Shown here: positions 1 through 9,475 of the stretch, one piece after another
How positions within the stretch are numbered: position 1 is the stretch's first letter
How the letters are laid out: each line of letters begins with the position of its first letter
Assembly (NCBI GenBank): GCA_963815495.1
Contig: CAWFGW010000025.1
Span: 7,013 to 71,012 of the forward strand
Direction: 5' to 3'
DNA from: an uncultured Cytophagales bacterium
GTDB taxonomy: Bacteria; Bacteroidota; Bacteroidia; Cytophagales; JAAEPT01
DNA: 64,000 nt
Notes under the pieces: generated by a model
Told to the model about the DNA's origin: nothing
The model's database searches: none
The model's input: the letters and a program-made list of their open reading frames with translations, nothing else
Program-made: the position numbers and the translations under genes

Positions 1-622
1 GCAACACCTTATAAATCGCTGCAAAAAGCACTGTAGTTATCCCGATTGATAGGATGAAATTTGCTACCTGTGAAAAAACAACTAACTCAGTCCCGAAATG
101 AGACGACAACCAATCGCTTATAATACTAATAATGGCACTGATCACTAAAGACATTAACAATAAAAAGCCGACAACCACCACTATTCCCAAGGAAGTAAAC
201 CGATCCTTTATGACTTCTTTTATACCCGCATCTTCTTTTTTTCTGACGTCCCAAACGTTATTTAAAGCATTTTGCAATTGAATAAACATACCTGTTGCTC
301 CGAATAATAGTGTACCAATACCTATTATACTTGAAAGTAACGATTGATCTTCAAACCGAATGCTCGAGAGTATATGTTTTATGTTTTCACGGGAATCTTC
401 TCCTAAGAATGACACCAACTCATCAGTCATTTTATTGGTGGTTGTAGCACTGTCTAAGAAAAACCCTAAAATTGATAACGTAATAAGTAATAAACCAGGC
501 AAAGAAAACACTGCATAATAGGCAACTGCTGCCGCTTTAGTAAAAGGGTCATCTTTCATCCACCCTTTAGAAGTTTCTTTTAATAAGCTTAATGAATCTC
601 GAAGTTTAAATTTGCCTTCCAT
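1..622 (-). CDS. YihY/BrkB-family inner-membrane protein; partial, start codon at 622-620, 3' end runs off the window
   Basis: Edge-truncated, so absent from the ORF track. My minus-strand translation from ATG 622 reads MEGKFKLRDSLSLLKETSKGWMKDDPFTKAAAVAYYAVFSLPGLLLI...GATGMFIQLQNALNNVWDV... The AYY.FSL.P and LQ.ALN..W motifs plus multiple TM helices are typical of YihY/BrkB. Confidence 0.75.
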   Translation of the reverse strand, partial: MEGKFKLRDSLSLLKETSKGWMKDDPFTKAAAVAYYAVFSLPGLLLITLSILGFFLDSATTTNKMTDELVSFLGEDSRENIKHILSSIRFEDQSLLSSIIGIGTLLFGATGMFIQLQNALNNVWDVRKKEDAGIKEVIKDRFTSLGIVVVVGFLLLMSLVISAIISIISDWLSSHFGTELVVFSQVANFILSIGITTVLFAAIYKVL

Positions 623-912
623 TTATTACTATTTTAAATCGTTGTTTTATAGCTATCATATTAACTAACCACCATGGTTGCTTATCAAAAATTATGCTTA
701 GTAATTTTAAGTGATTAGTGACTGCTATAATTGATAATTAGCAAAATTTTAACGAAAAAAGTGTTGACTGTTGGGGAAAAAAAGAAACACTTCAAGAGTA
801 ACAATTGGAGGTTTTTTCTGCTAATAATTTTTTTTGAGTTCGACTATTCAACTTCTCACAGTATAATATCTTATATTAATGGTTTCAACTGGTACAACAT
901 TACAACAAAACT

Positions 913-3900
913 ATGTTCGCTAAAATCTCCCCTAAACTCATTGCCATAGCAATAGGTACAATTACCCTTTTTGCCGTAGGTTTCTACTTTTTAAACAAAA
1001 CATCATCCACCGACTCTGAAGCCTATGTTGAGAAAGAAGTTAACGAAGCCTTTAATGAATATATCGCTGCGTATACTTCGGGTAATATCTCCATCAGTTC
1101 GACTATTCAAATTCGTTTTACACAACCTCAAATTGTAGAAGATAAAATAGGTTCGGCAGAAACGCGGGAGCTTTTCAACTTTTCTCCCTCCATTAAAGGT
1201 GATGTTAAATGGGTGGATATTTTCACTCTTGAATTTCAACCAACAGAATGGTTAAAACCAGACCAAGTGTATGAAGTCAAATTCCTCTTGTCTGATTTGA
1301 TGGAGACAAAAAAAGGATTAGAAAAATTTGAGTTCAACTTTCACACCCTTAAACAAGATTTTGAAGTCACAATTGGCAACTTACTAACCTCTGCCGAAAA
1401 CATGAAAAAGGTGGCTTTATCGGGTAAACTCATTACTGCGGATGTAGCACAACAAGAAAAAATTGAAGCGACCTTATCCGCTACTCAAAATAATAACACC
1501 TTAGAAATCACTTGGAATCACTTAGGCGATACCGAACATGAATTTACAATTGCCAACATCGACCGAAAAGAAACAGCCAGTGAAGTAGTTTTAAATTGGG
1601 ATGGGGCAAAGATTGGCGTTGATAAAAAAGGGGAATCCAAAACTAAAATCCCTGCCCTGGGTGACTTTCAAATTATGAGTGTCACACCTCAAGTTGGAAC
1701 CGAACAATATATACTCATTTCCTTCTCTGATCCGCTTGACCCTTCTCAGGATTTAAAAGGATTAATTACCACCAACCAAAACTGTGACCTGAAATTCATC
1801 ATTGAAAACAACTTTATTCAGGTTTACCCGAGTAAAAAAATTATTGGCTCTTTTGAATTAACCCTCCATCCAGGCATCAAAAATGTCTTAGGCTACAAGT
1901 CAAAAAAAGAACAGAAACATATTCTAGTCTTTGAACAAGTAAAACCTGCTGTACGTCTTATAGGTTCTGGGGTAATTGTCCCGGCTTCCAATGGGCTCAT
2001 CTTCCCTTTTGAAGCAGTAAGTTTAAAAGCCGTTGACATTACCATCACCGAGATTTTTGAAAACAATGCGATTCAGTTTTTCCAGCACAACAACATAGAC
2101 GGAAGTCATGATTTAAAACGTGTGGCTCGACCGATTTTTAGAAAAAGTCTAGTACTCAACAACAACAAACTACTCAAACTCAATAAGTGGAACCGTTTTT
2201 CTATTGATTTAGCCAAACTAATTCAACCCAACCCTGGTGCAATCTACCAAGTAGAAATAGGGTTCAGACAAAGTCAAAGTGTCTATAGCTGTGGTGGCGA
2301 AGCAGCGCAGGATGAATTAACACCCATCAATGATGAGGCGTGGACAGCTGAGTCGTACACCGATTATTCGTATTGGGATTATGCTGAAGGAGAATATTAT
2401 GAAGACTACGACTGGCAAGAGCGCGACAATCCGTGCCATTCAACCTATTTTCGAAGCAACGACAAAAGTTCCACAAGAAACATCATCGCCAGTAACTTAG
2501 GGATCATTTCTAAAATCGGGAAAGACGATAAAGTATTCATAGCGGTCACAGATATTAATACCACCAATCCTATTGAAAATGTAACCATCGAAGTCTACGA
2601 TTTCCAACAACAGCTCATCACCCAAGGAGCAACAGATAACAACGGGTTTTTAACGCTCAAAACTAATAGAAAATCATTTCTGATTAAGGCCACTAAAGAA
2701 AACGATATCAACTACTTAAAGGTAGATGATGGGTCTGCGCTTTCCTTAAGCAACTTTAATGTGGGTGGTACAACCATTCAAAAAGGGTTGAAAGGATTTA
2801 TCTATGGCGAACGTGGTGTTTGGCGACCAGGCGACACCTTGTATATGACCTTAATTTTGGAAGATAAAAATCATGTGTTACCCAAGAACCACCCCGTAAT
2901 TTTTGAACTCCGCAATCCTGATGGGAAACTAGAACATAAGCTCGTTAAAAAATCTAACGTGAATGGGTTTTATACCTATCAACCCATCACCAGCAACGAA
3001 GCGATGACGGGCAACTGGCGGGTATATGCAAAAATTGGGAACACCTCATTTTCTGAGCGTGTGAAGATTGAGACCATCAAACCCAACCGACTGAAAATTG
3101 ATTTAGACTATGGAAAAGAATACCTCACTGTAAATGATAAAAACCTCAAGGGTGATTTAGAAGTCAAGTGGCTGCATGGCGGTATTGCTAAAAACTTAAA
3201 AGCTGAATTTGAACTCGTTTTGACCAAAGCAAACACCACGTTCCCAAAATATGAAACGTACACCTTTGAAGATCAAACGCGACAATTTACTCCTGAGGTC
3301 TTCTCGATTTTTGAAGGTGAACTAGATAGTGAAGGAAAAGCTCAAATCCCGGCTAGCATCGAAATTGAAGGTGATGCTCCAGGTAAATTAAACGCACACT
3401 TTAAAGGGAAAGTCTATGAACAAGGCGGTGACTTTAGCATCAACCAATTTACAATCCCTTATTATCCTTATAATTCATTCGTAGGTGTTCGTTTGCCTGA
3501 AGGTGATCACCGAGGCATGTTATTGACGGACAAAGAGCAACCGGTTGACATCATTTGCCTAACTCCGGAAGGAGAACCAACTGGTAACAAATATGTGACT
3601 TGCCAAGTCTATAAGTTAGATTGGAAATGGTGGTGGGACCAATCGTCTAACAGTTCTTCCAACTACATTGGAGTTAGTTATCGAACACCTATTGCGGAAC
3701 AGCAAGTTAAAATAACGGATGGCAAAGGGACTTTTCCAATGAAAATCAACTACCCGGAATGGGGACGATATTATGTAAAAGTCACCGACAACAAGTCAGG
3801 ACACTCAGCAGGTAAAATTGTCTATTTTGATTGGCCAGGTTGGGCAGGAAAAGCCAAACGCGATTTACCCGATGCAGCTTCGATGTTAACTTTCTCGGCT

Positions 3901-6477
3901 GACAAAGAAAAATACAGCGTGGGAGAAACGATGAAACTGACCATTCCTGGAAGTGGTGAAGGAAATGCATTGATCAGTGTAGAAAATGGTACGCGTGTAA
4001 TAGAAACTTATTGGATGAAGTTGAACAAAGGAGACAACCAGTTCACAATCAACATCAACAATAAAATGACTCCGAATGTGTATGTGCATGTGACCGCATT
4101 ACAACCCCATGCACAAACAATTAATGATCACCCCATTAGAATGTACGGTGTAATTCCAATTGATGTGGCTGATGAATCAACCCATCTAAATCCAGTAATC
4201 TCGATGCCTAAGAAGTTAGCGCCTAATAAGAAAGTTCCGATTACGGTAACAGAGAAAGAAGGCAAACCGATGACCTTTACCCTCGCTGTGGTGGATGAAG
4301 GTTTGTTGAGTTTGACCAACTACACCACCCCGAATCCCTGGCCTAACTTCTACCAGCATGAAGCCTTAGGGGTAAACACCTGGGACATTTACAAATATGT
4401 ATTAGGGGCTTATGGTGGAGAAATAGAAAAGATACTATCCGTAGGTGGTGATGCTGCTATCCTTAATGAAGAAGGAGCAAAAGCCAAACGATTCAAACCT
4501 GTTGTGCGTTTCTTCGGACCTTTCCATCTGGACAAGTCGGGTAAAAAGGATATCGAATTTGTGATGCCTAACTACATTGGCGCGGTGCGTACAATGGTGG
4601 TAGCTGGTTATGAAGGTGCTTACGGTGCTGTGGAAACAGAAACTCCTGTGCGGCAAGAACTCATGGTACAGGGGACCTTACCTCGGGTGCTTTCTCCAGG
4701 TGAAAAGTTAAAATTACCCGTGAATGTGTTTGCCTATGAAAACAATATTGGCGCCACAACCATCAAAGTTAAAACAAGTGGACCCGTAAAGGCATTGGAA
4801 ACGACCAAGTCAATTACTTTGACCAAAGAAGGGGATCAAATGCTGTACTTCGAACTAGAAGTTGAAAACAAAATCGGGATTGCTAAAGTAGAAATTGAAG
4901 GCAGAGCTGGGAATAAGCTCTCTACCCATGTGATTGATATTGAGGTAAGAAACCCCAACCCGGTGGTTACTGAGACCTTTGAAAAAGTCTTGAAATCGGG
5001 TGAGTCGATTAGCTATACCTACCCTACGTTGGGCATGAAAGGTACCAATGGTTATTCATTTGAAGCTTCCACAGTTCCGCCATTAAACCTTTCCAAGCGG
5101 CTGGAATACCTGCTTCGTTATCCGCATGGTTGTGTCGAGCAAACCACTTCGGCTGCGTTCCCACAACTGTTTTTGGGTGAGTTAACGGATTTGACCAGCG
5201 AAATGAAAAGCAGAGTGGAAATCAACATCAAAAAAGCGATAGACCGTTTGTCAAGTATGCAAGTCTCGGATGGTGGTTTCAGCTACTGGCCAACACATAG
5301 CTATGCAAACACCTGGGGATCTAACTATGCAGGACATTTCTTAATCATCGCTAAGAAGAAAGGATATTATGTCAATACCGATATCATTAATAACTGGAAA
5401 CAGTACCAGAAAAAAGCGGCAGACAACTGGACTCATAATACCAATTATTATAACAGTGACTTAATGCAAGCTTACCGCTTGTACACCTTGGCTGTCGCGG
5501 GTTCACCTAACAAAGGCGCAATGAACCGCTTGAAAGAAAAGCAACTGAACAAAACTGCTCAGTACATGCTAGCCGCTGCCTATGCGTTGGATGGTCGCAG
5601 TGATGTTGCCAAAACCTTGATCGCCTCTGCCCCACCAACCATTAAAGACTATCGTGAATATGGGTACACGTATGGTTCACAAGAACGAGACGAAGCTATG
5701 TTATTATTAGCTTTAAATGCTATGAAAGATGTAGAAAACGGGATGGTTGCTGTGAAAAAAATTAGCGACCGACTCAATGCCAAACGCTGGATGAGTACGC
5801 AGGAAACGTCCTTTTCGTTATTGGCAATCAGCGATTACATGGCCGGACAACCGGTTTCTTCAACCGTAAACTTGGATATGAATTTGAACGACCAAAACGT
5901 TTCCATCTCCTCGCAATATTCCGTGTACAAACAAGAATTTCACGAGGCAGAATTGACCAATAAAACCATCAAGGTTACCAACACGAGTAATGGATTGTTG
6001 TACCTCAACACAAGCTCTTATGGCAAACCTTTGGTAGACAAAAGAGAAAGCTTCAATGAAATTATTGATATGGAAGTGAACTACCGTGACAAAGAAGGTA
6101 ACGCAATAAATGTAAACCAACTGGCTCAAAACAAAGACTTCCTCGTATCGGTAACGATCCAAAATGGTGGACTTCGAGGTGACTTAAAGGAAATGGCTTT
6201 GACCACGATCTTCCCTTCTGGCTGGGAAATTCAAAATGCACGCATGGATGTAGTTGCGGAACAATACCAGTCAGACAAACCCGACTACCAGGACTACCGC
6301 GATGACCGTGTGTACACCTATTTCGACATCAAATCAGGAGCTTCAAAGACATTTACCTTCCTGATTAATGCAAGTTATGCGGGTGAATTTACCCTACCAG
6401 CCACCCAATGTGAAGCAATGTATGATAATGCGGTGCAGGCTTATGTGAAAGGTGGGAAGACCAAGACGGTGAAGTGA
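913..6477 (+). CDS. Bacterial alpha-2-macroglobulin family protein (1854 aa), thioester-containing, N-terminal membrane anchor
   Basis: Very long ORF. It has an N-terminal TM segment (LIAIAIGTITLFAVGFYFL) and the CxEQ thioester motif in RYPHGCVEQTTSAAFPQ. A terpenoid-cyclase-like TED region follows (SDGGFSYWP). Size and layout match YfhM/ECAM-type A2M. Confidence 0.9.
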   Translation: MFAKISPKLIAIAIGTITLFAVGFYFLNKTSSTDSEAYVEKEVNEAFNEYIAAYTSGNISISSTIQIRFTQPQIVEDKIGSAETRELFNFSPSIKGDVKWVDIFTLEFQPTEWLKPDQVYEVKFLLSDLMETKKGLEKFEFNFHTLKQDFEVTIGNLLTSAENMKKVALSGKLITADVAQQEKIEATLSATQNNNTLEITWNHLGDTEHEFTIANIDRKETASEVVLNWDGAKIGVDKKGESKTKIPALGDFQIMSVTPQVGTEQYILISFSDPLDPSQDLKGLITTNQNCDLKFIIENNFIQVYPSKKIIGSFELTLHPGIKNVLGYKSKKEQKHILVFEQVKPAVRLIGSGVIVPASNGLIFPFEAVSLKAVDITITEIFENNAIQFFQHNNIDGSHDLKRVARPIFRKSLVLNNNKLLKLNKWNRFSIDLAKLIQPNPGAIYQVEIGFRQSQSVYSCGGEAAQDELTPINDEAWTAESYTDYSYWDYAEGEYYEDYDWQERDNPCHSTYFRSNDKSSTRNIIASNLGIISKIGKDDKVFIAVTDINTTNPIENVTIEVYDFQQQLITQGATDNNGFLTLKTNRKSFLIKATKENDINYLKVDDGSALSLSNFNVGGTTIQKGLKGFIYGERGVWRPGDTLYMTLILEDKNHVLPKNHPVIFELRNPDGKLEHKLVKKSNVNGFYTYQPITSNEAMTGNWRVYAKIGNTSFSERVKIETIKPNRLKIDLDYGKEYLTVNDKNLKGDLEVKWLHGGIAKNLKAEFELVLTKANTTFPKYETYTFEDQTRQFTPEVFSIFEGELDSEGKAQIPASIEIEGDAPGKLNAHFKGKVYEQGGDFSINQFTIPYYPYNSFVGVRLPEGDHRGMLLTDKEQPVDIICLTPEGEPTGNKYVTCQVYKLDWKWWWDQSSNSSSNYIGVSYRTPIAEQQVKITDGKGTFPMKINYPEWGRYYVKVTDNKSGHSAGKIVYFDWPGWAGKAKRDLPDAASMLTFSADKEKYSVGETMKLTIPGSGEGNALISVENGTRVIETYWMKLNKGDNQFTININNKMTPNVYVHVTALQPHAQTINDHPIRMYGVIPIDVADESTHLNPVISMPKKLAPNKKVPITVTEKEGKPMTFTLAVVDEGLLSLTNYTTPNPWPNFYQHEALGVNTWDIYKYVLGAYGGEIEKILSVGGDAAILNEEGAKAKRFKPVVRFFGPFHLDKSGKKDIEFVMPNYIGAVRTMVVAGYEGAYGAVETETPVRQELMVQGTLPRVLSPGEKLKLPVNVFAYENNIGATTIKVKTSGPVKALETTKSITLTKEGDQMLYFELEVENKIGIAKVEIEGRAGNKLSTHVIDIEVRNPNPVVTETFEKVLKSGESISYTYPTLGMKGTNGYSFEASTVPPLNLSKRLEYLLRYPHGCVEQTTSAAFPQLFLGELTDLTSEMKSRVEINIKKAIDRLSSMQVSDGGFSYWPTHSYANTWGSNYAGHFLIIAKKKGYYVNTDIINNWKQYQKKAADNWTHNTNYYNSDLMQAYRLYTLAVAGSPNKGAMNRLKEKQLNKTAQYMLAAAYALDGRSDVAKTLIASAPPTIKDYREYGYTYGSQERDEAMLLLALNAMKDVENGMVAVKKISDRLNAKRWMSTQETSFSLLAISDYMAGQPVSSTVNLDMNLNDQNVSISSQYSVYKQEFHEAELTNKTIKVTNTSNGLLYLNTSSYGKPLVDKRESFNEIIDMEVNYRDKEGNAINVNQLAQNKDFLVSVTIQNGGLRGDLKEMALTTIFPSGWEIQNARMDVVAEQYQSDKPDYQDYRDDRVYTYFDIKSGASKTFTFLINASYAGEFTLPATQCEAMYDNAVQAYVKGGKTKTVK

Positions 6478-6583
6478 TATGAAAGATAAAATAACTGCAA
6501 CCGAATTTTGGGAAGAGTTATTAAAAACTGGCTCGGTTAATAATAAAGAATTAACTGAGGGATTTGTTTTTAAAAAACATGCA

Positions 6584-7293
6584 CCGCTAGCGCAAGCATC
6601 CTTGCTTGTGCTAAATAAATAATGGGTAGTCCAGCGATGTAGCTTTTTTGTTTAATCTGTTAATTTTTATTAAATAGTATTTTTAAACATTATTTGAATG
6701 AGCAGGAAGTATAAATTTTTAAATAAAGAAGGCTTATATTTTGTCAGCTTTGCCACGGTCTACTGGATAGATGTTTTTACAAGGGAAGAGTATTTTGAGA
6801 AAGTTGTTGAAAGTATCAGGTTCTGCCAGAAGCAAAAAGGTTTAGAACTTTTTTCATGGTGTATAATGACCAACCATGTGCATATGATATTTAGAGCTAA
6901 AGACAATAATCCATCAGAATTAATGCGAGCATTAAAAACATTTACATCAAACGAATTACAGAAGATAATTGCTGAACATAATCAAGAGAGCAGAAAAGAA
7001 TGGATGCTTTGGTTGATGGAACGAGCAGCACAAAAATCTAGTAATGTAAAACACAGGCAATTTTGGAGGCAAGATAATAAACCAATAGAACTTTGGAGTG
7101 CAGAAGTAATAGATCAAAAATTACAATACATCCATATGAACCCAATAGTAGCAGGATTTGTCAATGAACCAGAACATTGGAGGTATAGTAGTGCAATTGA
7201 TTTTTCTGGAGGTAAAGGTTTGTTAGAATTATATGAATTGTAAATTGAGTTATGAATTAAAATTTGCACAAGCAAGGATGCTTGCGCTAGCGG
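6584..7293 (+). mobile_element. REP-RAYT-REP unit, copy 1: RAYT gene bracketed by perfect 28-nt inverted repeats (6584-6611 and 7266-7293)
   Basis: Left IR is ccgctagcgcaagcatccttgcttgtgc. Right IR is its exact reverse complement, gcacaagcaaggatgcttgcgctagcgg. Each IR folds on its own (gcgcaagca/tcct/tgcttgtgc) directly 3' of a CTAG tetranucleotide. Confidence 0.8.
6698..7243 (+). CDS. REP-associated tyrosine transposase (RAYT; IS200/IS605-like Y1/HUH TnpA family), copy 1
   Basis: 181 aa. HUH motif in MTNHVHMIF and a catalytic-Tyr region YIHMNPIVAGF (Y-x-x-x-NP), with RYSS near the C-terminus. No tnpB partner. Flanked by REP hairpins. Confidence 0.8.
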   Translation: MSRKYKFLNKEGLYFVSFATVYWIDVFTREEYFEKVVESIRFCQKQKGLELFSWCIMTNHVHMIFRAKDNNPSELMRALKTFTSNELQKIIAEHNQESRKEWMLWLMERAAQKSSNVKHRQFWRQDNKPIELWSAEVIDQKLQYIHMNPIVAGFVNEPEHWRYSSAIDFSGGKGLLELYEL

Positions 7294-7361
7294 GGAAAAT
7301 ATCCCTATGTTGGAGGTACAGTAATACCTCCAACAAAAATTATTGTTAAACGACCTTAGAT

Positions 7362-7682
7362 ATGTCTGTATTAGAAATTGATAAAATTGATGCTATTGGA
7401 ATAGATAAAGAACAAGGTAATGTTGTTTTGACTATTTCTGACCATTTAGATTGGGATGATGTAAATAGTCATCTTCATATTCTTCAAAAGAAAATCAATA
7501 ATTATTTAGAATTTATTGAGGGGGGACAGATTTATGAATCATATCCACTTGCGAATAATAAAAATATAGAGATTCATGTTAAATATCAATATGAATTACC
7601 ACATTTGGCTCTTGATTTTTATGAAAAAATAAAATCTGTTTTGATTTTAGAAAACATAACACTTCTTTATAAGAATCTTTAA
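7362..7682 (+). CDS. Hypothetical small cytoplasmic protein (106 aa) occupying variable slot 1 of the island
   Basis: Clean ORF with no signal peptide. The pattern VVLTISDHLDW..HLHILQKKINNYLEFIEGGQIY resembles a widespread ~100-aa uncharacterised family that I recall only from memory (unverified). Confidence 0.5.
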   Translation: MSVLEIDKIDAIGIDKEQGNVVLTISDHLDWDDVNSHLHILQKKINNYLEFIEGGQIYESYPLANNKNIEIHVKYQYELPHLALDFYEKIKSVLILENITLLYKNL

Positions 7683-7688
7683 CTTAAT

Positions 7689-7780
7689 CCCGCTAGGTCG
7701 CATATAACGAAGTGAAATGCGAACTGATGTTACCCCCGCTAGGTCGCATATAACGAAGTGCCATGCGAACTGATGTTTTA
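7689..7780 (+). repeat. Two tandem 46-nt REP-like hairpin units (CCCGCTAG + GTCGCAT-loop-ATGCGAAC)
   Basis: Unit 1 is 7689-7734 and unit 2 is 7735-7780. They differ by 2 nt in the loop and in the tail. Stem is tcgcat (7698-7703) with atgcga (7717-7722). They share the CCGCTAG 5' heptamer with the RAYT-flanking IRs. Confidence 0.75.
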
Positions 7781-7979
7781 TAGCATTTGTAATGCGGTTA
7801 TAAGAGATACAAATCCTATAGCGCAAGGTTAAGCAAAGCGGTCCTTGGGCTTACCCTTTATTCGACATTTGCAATGTCAAACTACAGATAAAAAAGATTT
7901 GTAATCAGCTCTGCCTTGGTTTGTGTATCCAAAACCAACGACAGTTAGTCAGTGAGGACACTGACTAAGGCGAGATGAA

Positions 7980-8066
7980 GATTTGTTTTCAAGATGAAGA
8001 GATTCCAGACAATCACTCATTCTTCGTGATTTCTGATGACGTGTTGCTCATTTTTTATCGTCATTC
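7980..8066 (+). repeat. ~88-nt multi-hairpin intergenic repeat, copy a (upstream of T9SS paralog A)
   Basis: The sequence gatttgttttcaagat..agattccagacaatcactcattcttcgtgatttctg.atgacg..ttttttatcgtcattc recurs at 9335-9423, 11596-11682 and 12952-13040. It contains IR cagacaatcac/gtgatttctg and IR (g)aatgacg/cgtcatt(c). Confidence 0.8.
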
Positions 8067-8148
8067 TAAAAAATAGTGTTTACCTATAGGTGTACACAAG
8101 TATATAAAAGCATATTAAATCTTGTAACCTAACATTACCTTTTAGACG

Positions 8149-9204
8149 ATGAAAAAACTACTACTACCCTTGATTTTAATTTCCGCAGTATTTCACGCAT
8201 ATGCCGTTGATGAAATTCAGTTTGTTGACACCGTTTATGTCGAGTACCACCCACATTGTGACACCATCGCAGCTGTTCACATTGAAGGATGGTTTCCGGC
8301 AAGTAATTATGTCATTGACAGCATAGCAAATAAACCTATTGTCCACACAGGCCCTGGTCCAATAACAATTGCTGGACCTGAAATTCAGCTTTACATATCA
8401 GAAACCGGGGGTGTTGGCACCCAATCTCCTGTTCCGTTTAAATCCGTTTATTACCTTCTTACCAAGGGTAGCAGCAACACATTCACGACACCCTATAGGT
8501 TTGTACCATTGATAGTTTACACCTACTTAAATCAGGATCTGTTGGAGGAGGTGAAACAGGCTGACTATAAATACAGAGGACAGACAGGTTGTGTAAGTGT
8601 AATCCCAGCTTGTGACAACATCACCACTTATGAAGTATCGCTTGGCTGTCCGAGTAAACCCATTACAAATTGCGATTCTTTGCAAGTTCATATCTCTACT
8701 GATTATGTTCCTTGTATGGGCTATACATTGATAGAAACCACTCAAACATTCAAAAACGACACGGTTATCATCAAACATCAATTTCTGTACGATGACAACG
8801 GCCCTATTTGCATCGACTATTTTGGACCTTCATTTCAATTCACTAAAATAAAACCTCTAGATGCCGGAGATTATGTCGCAAAGGTAGAAATGCATTTTAC
8901 AGGTGAATTGATATTTAAAGCTCCTGAATATTACTACAAAGATTTTACAGTAAATAAAGAGACGTGTCTCATCACAGGGATAAATGAATTCAATCAAAAA
9001 TCGATGGTTTATCCGTCCGTGGTAGAGGATTACCTGAATCTAACTATTTCAGCTGAAAAAGTGCAAATTTATGATATGCAAGGCAATCAAGTGATGACAG
9101 CTCAGGGGAAAACGGTGCTTTTAAATAATTTACAGCCAGGGAATTACATTATAGAAATACAAACCAAAAAGGGGTTGTTTAGAGAAAAAATCATCAAGTT
9201 ATAA
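8149..9204 (+). CDS. Secreted Cys-rich protein with T9SS C-terminal sorting domain, paralog A (351 aa)
   Basis: Signal peptide MKKLLLPLILISAVFHAYA|VDE. The C-terminal ~70 aa (VYPSVVEDYLNLTI..VQIYDMQGNQV...LQPGNYIIEIQTKKGLFREKIIKL) matches the Por/T9SS type A CTD pattern. The central part has no family I recognise. Confidence 0.75.
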   Translation: MKKLLLPLILISAVFHAYAVDEIQFVDTVYVEYHPHCDTIAAVHIEGWFPASNYVIDSIANKPIVHTGPGPITIAGPEIQLYISETGGVGTQSPVPFKSVYYLLTKGSSNTFTTPYRFVPLIVYTYLNQDLLEEVKQADYKYRGQTGCVSVIPACDNITTYEVSLGCPSKPITNCDSLQVHISTDYVPCMGYTLIETTQTFKNDTVIIKHQFLYDDNGPICIDYFGPSFQFTKIKPLDAGDYVAKVEMHFTGELIFKAPEYYYKDFTVNKETCLITGINEFNQKSMVYPSVVEDYLNLTISAEKVQIYDMQGNQVMTAQGKTVLLNNLQPGNYIIEIQTKKGLFREKIIKL

Positions 9205-9207
9205 ATT

Positions 9208-9240
9208 AAGAAGAGCCACTATAAAGTGGCTCTTCTTTTA
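9208..9240 (+). terminator. Rho-independent terminator of T9SS paralog A
   Basis: Perfect 12-bp stem aagaagagccac / gtggctcttctt with loop tataaa, followed by T-rich sequence. Confidence 0.7.
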
Positions 9241-9334
9241 ATGATTGCTTTACATTGCACTTTTTACTGGCTTAAGTTTAGCTTGCGTAACTTTAGTCAA
9301 TGATAAACTCAAGAATTCCTCATTTTAGATCTAT

Positions 9335-9423
9335 GATTCGTTTTCAAGATTGTTAGATTCCAGACAATCACTCATTCTTCGTGATTTCTGGAATGACGTA
9401 TTGTTTATTTTTTATCGTCATTC
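9335..9423 (+). repeat. ~88-nt multi-hairpin repeat, copy b (downstream of paralog A)
   Basis: About 88% identical by eye to 7980-8066, in the same orientation. Contains the perfect IR ggaatgacg...cgtcattcc. A further IR follows at 9421-9458 (attccgta...tacggaat). Confidence 0.8.
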
Positions 9424-9475
9424 CGTAAAATGTGAAGCATGAGCATTTGTACGGAATCTCTTTGTTGAAACCTCA

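Larger units (their letters stand above)
7821..9474 (+). repeat. Segmental duplication, copy A (1.65-kb module: structured leader + T9SS cargo gene + terminator + multi-hairpin tail)
   Basis: Aligns end to end with 11436-13091. The offset is 3617 through the CDS and 3' part, with two 1-nt indels in the leader. Only a few dozen substitutions, and they are clustered. Confidence 0.9.

Noticed and set aside
731-949. 72-aa ORF upstream of and overlapping the A2M start
   Set aside because: Low-complexity, AT-driven reading frame in the promoter region. It overlaps the A2M start and has no recognisable features.
1003-6162. Six minus-strand ORFs (62-100 aa) inside the A2M gene
   Set aside because: These are antisense shadow ORFs within a strongly supported 1854-aa coding region, and their composition is unlike real proteins.
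6584-7293. Canonical IS200/IS605 insertion sequence
   Set aside because: There is no tnpB/iscB-type accessory gene. The ends are symmetric perfect inverted REP hairpins rather than the asymmetric LE/RE subterminal hairpins of IS200/IS605. The protein carries RAYT-type features (YIHMNP). It is therefore called a RAYT unit, although its duplication is flagged as unusual.
7689-7780. Possible mini-CRISPR array (two 46-nt direct repeats)
   Set aside because: The repeats are contiguous with no spacers, there are only two units, each is an internal hairpin sharing the CCGCTAG leader with the RAYT REPs, and there are no cas genes in the window. It is a REP-type repeat, not CRISPR.
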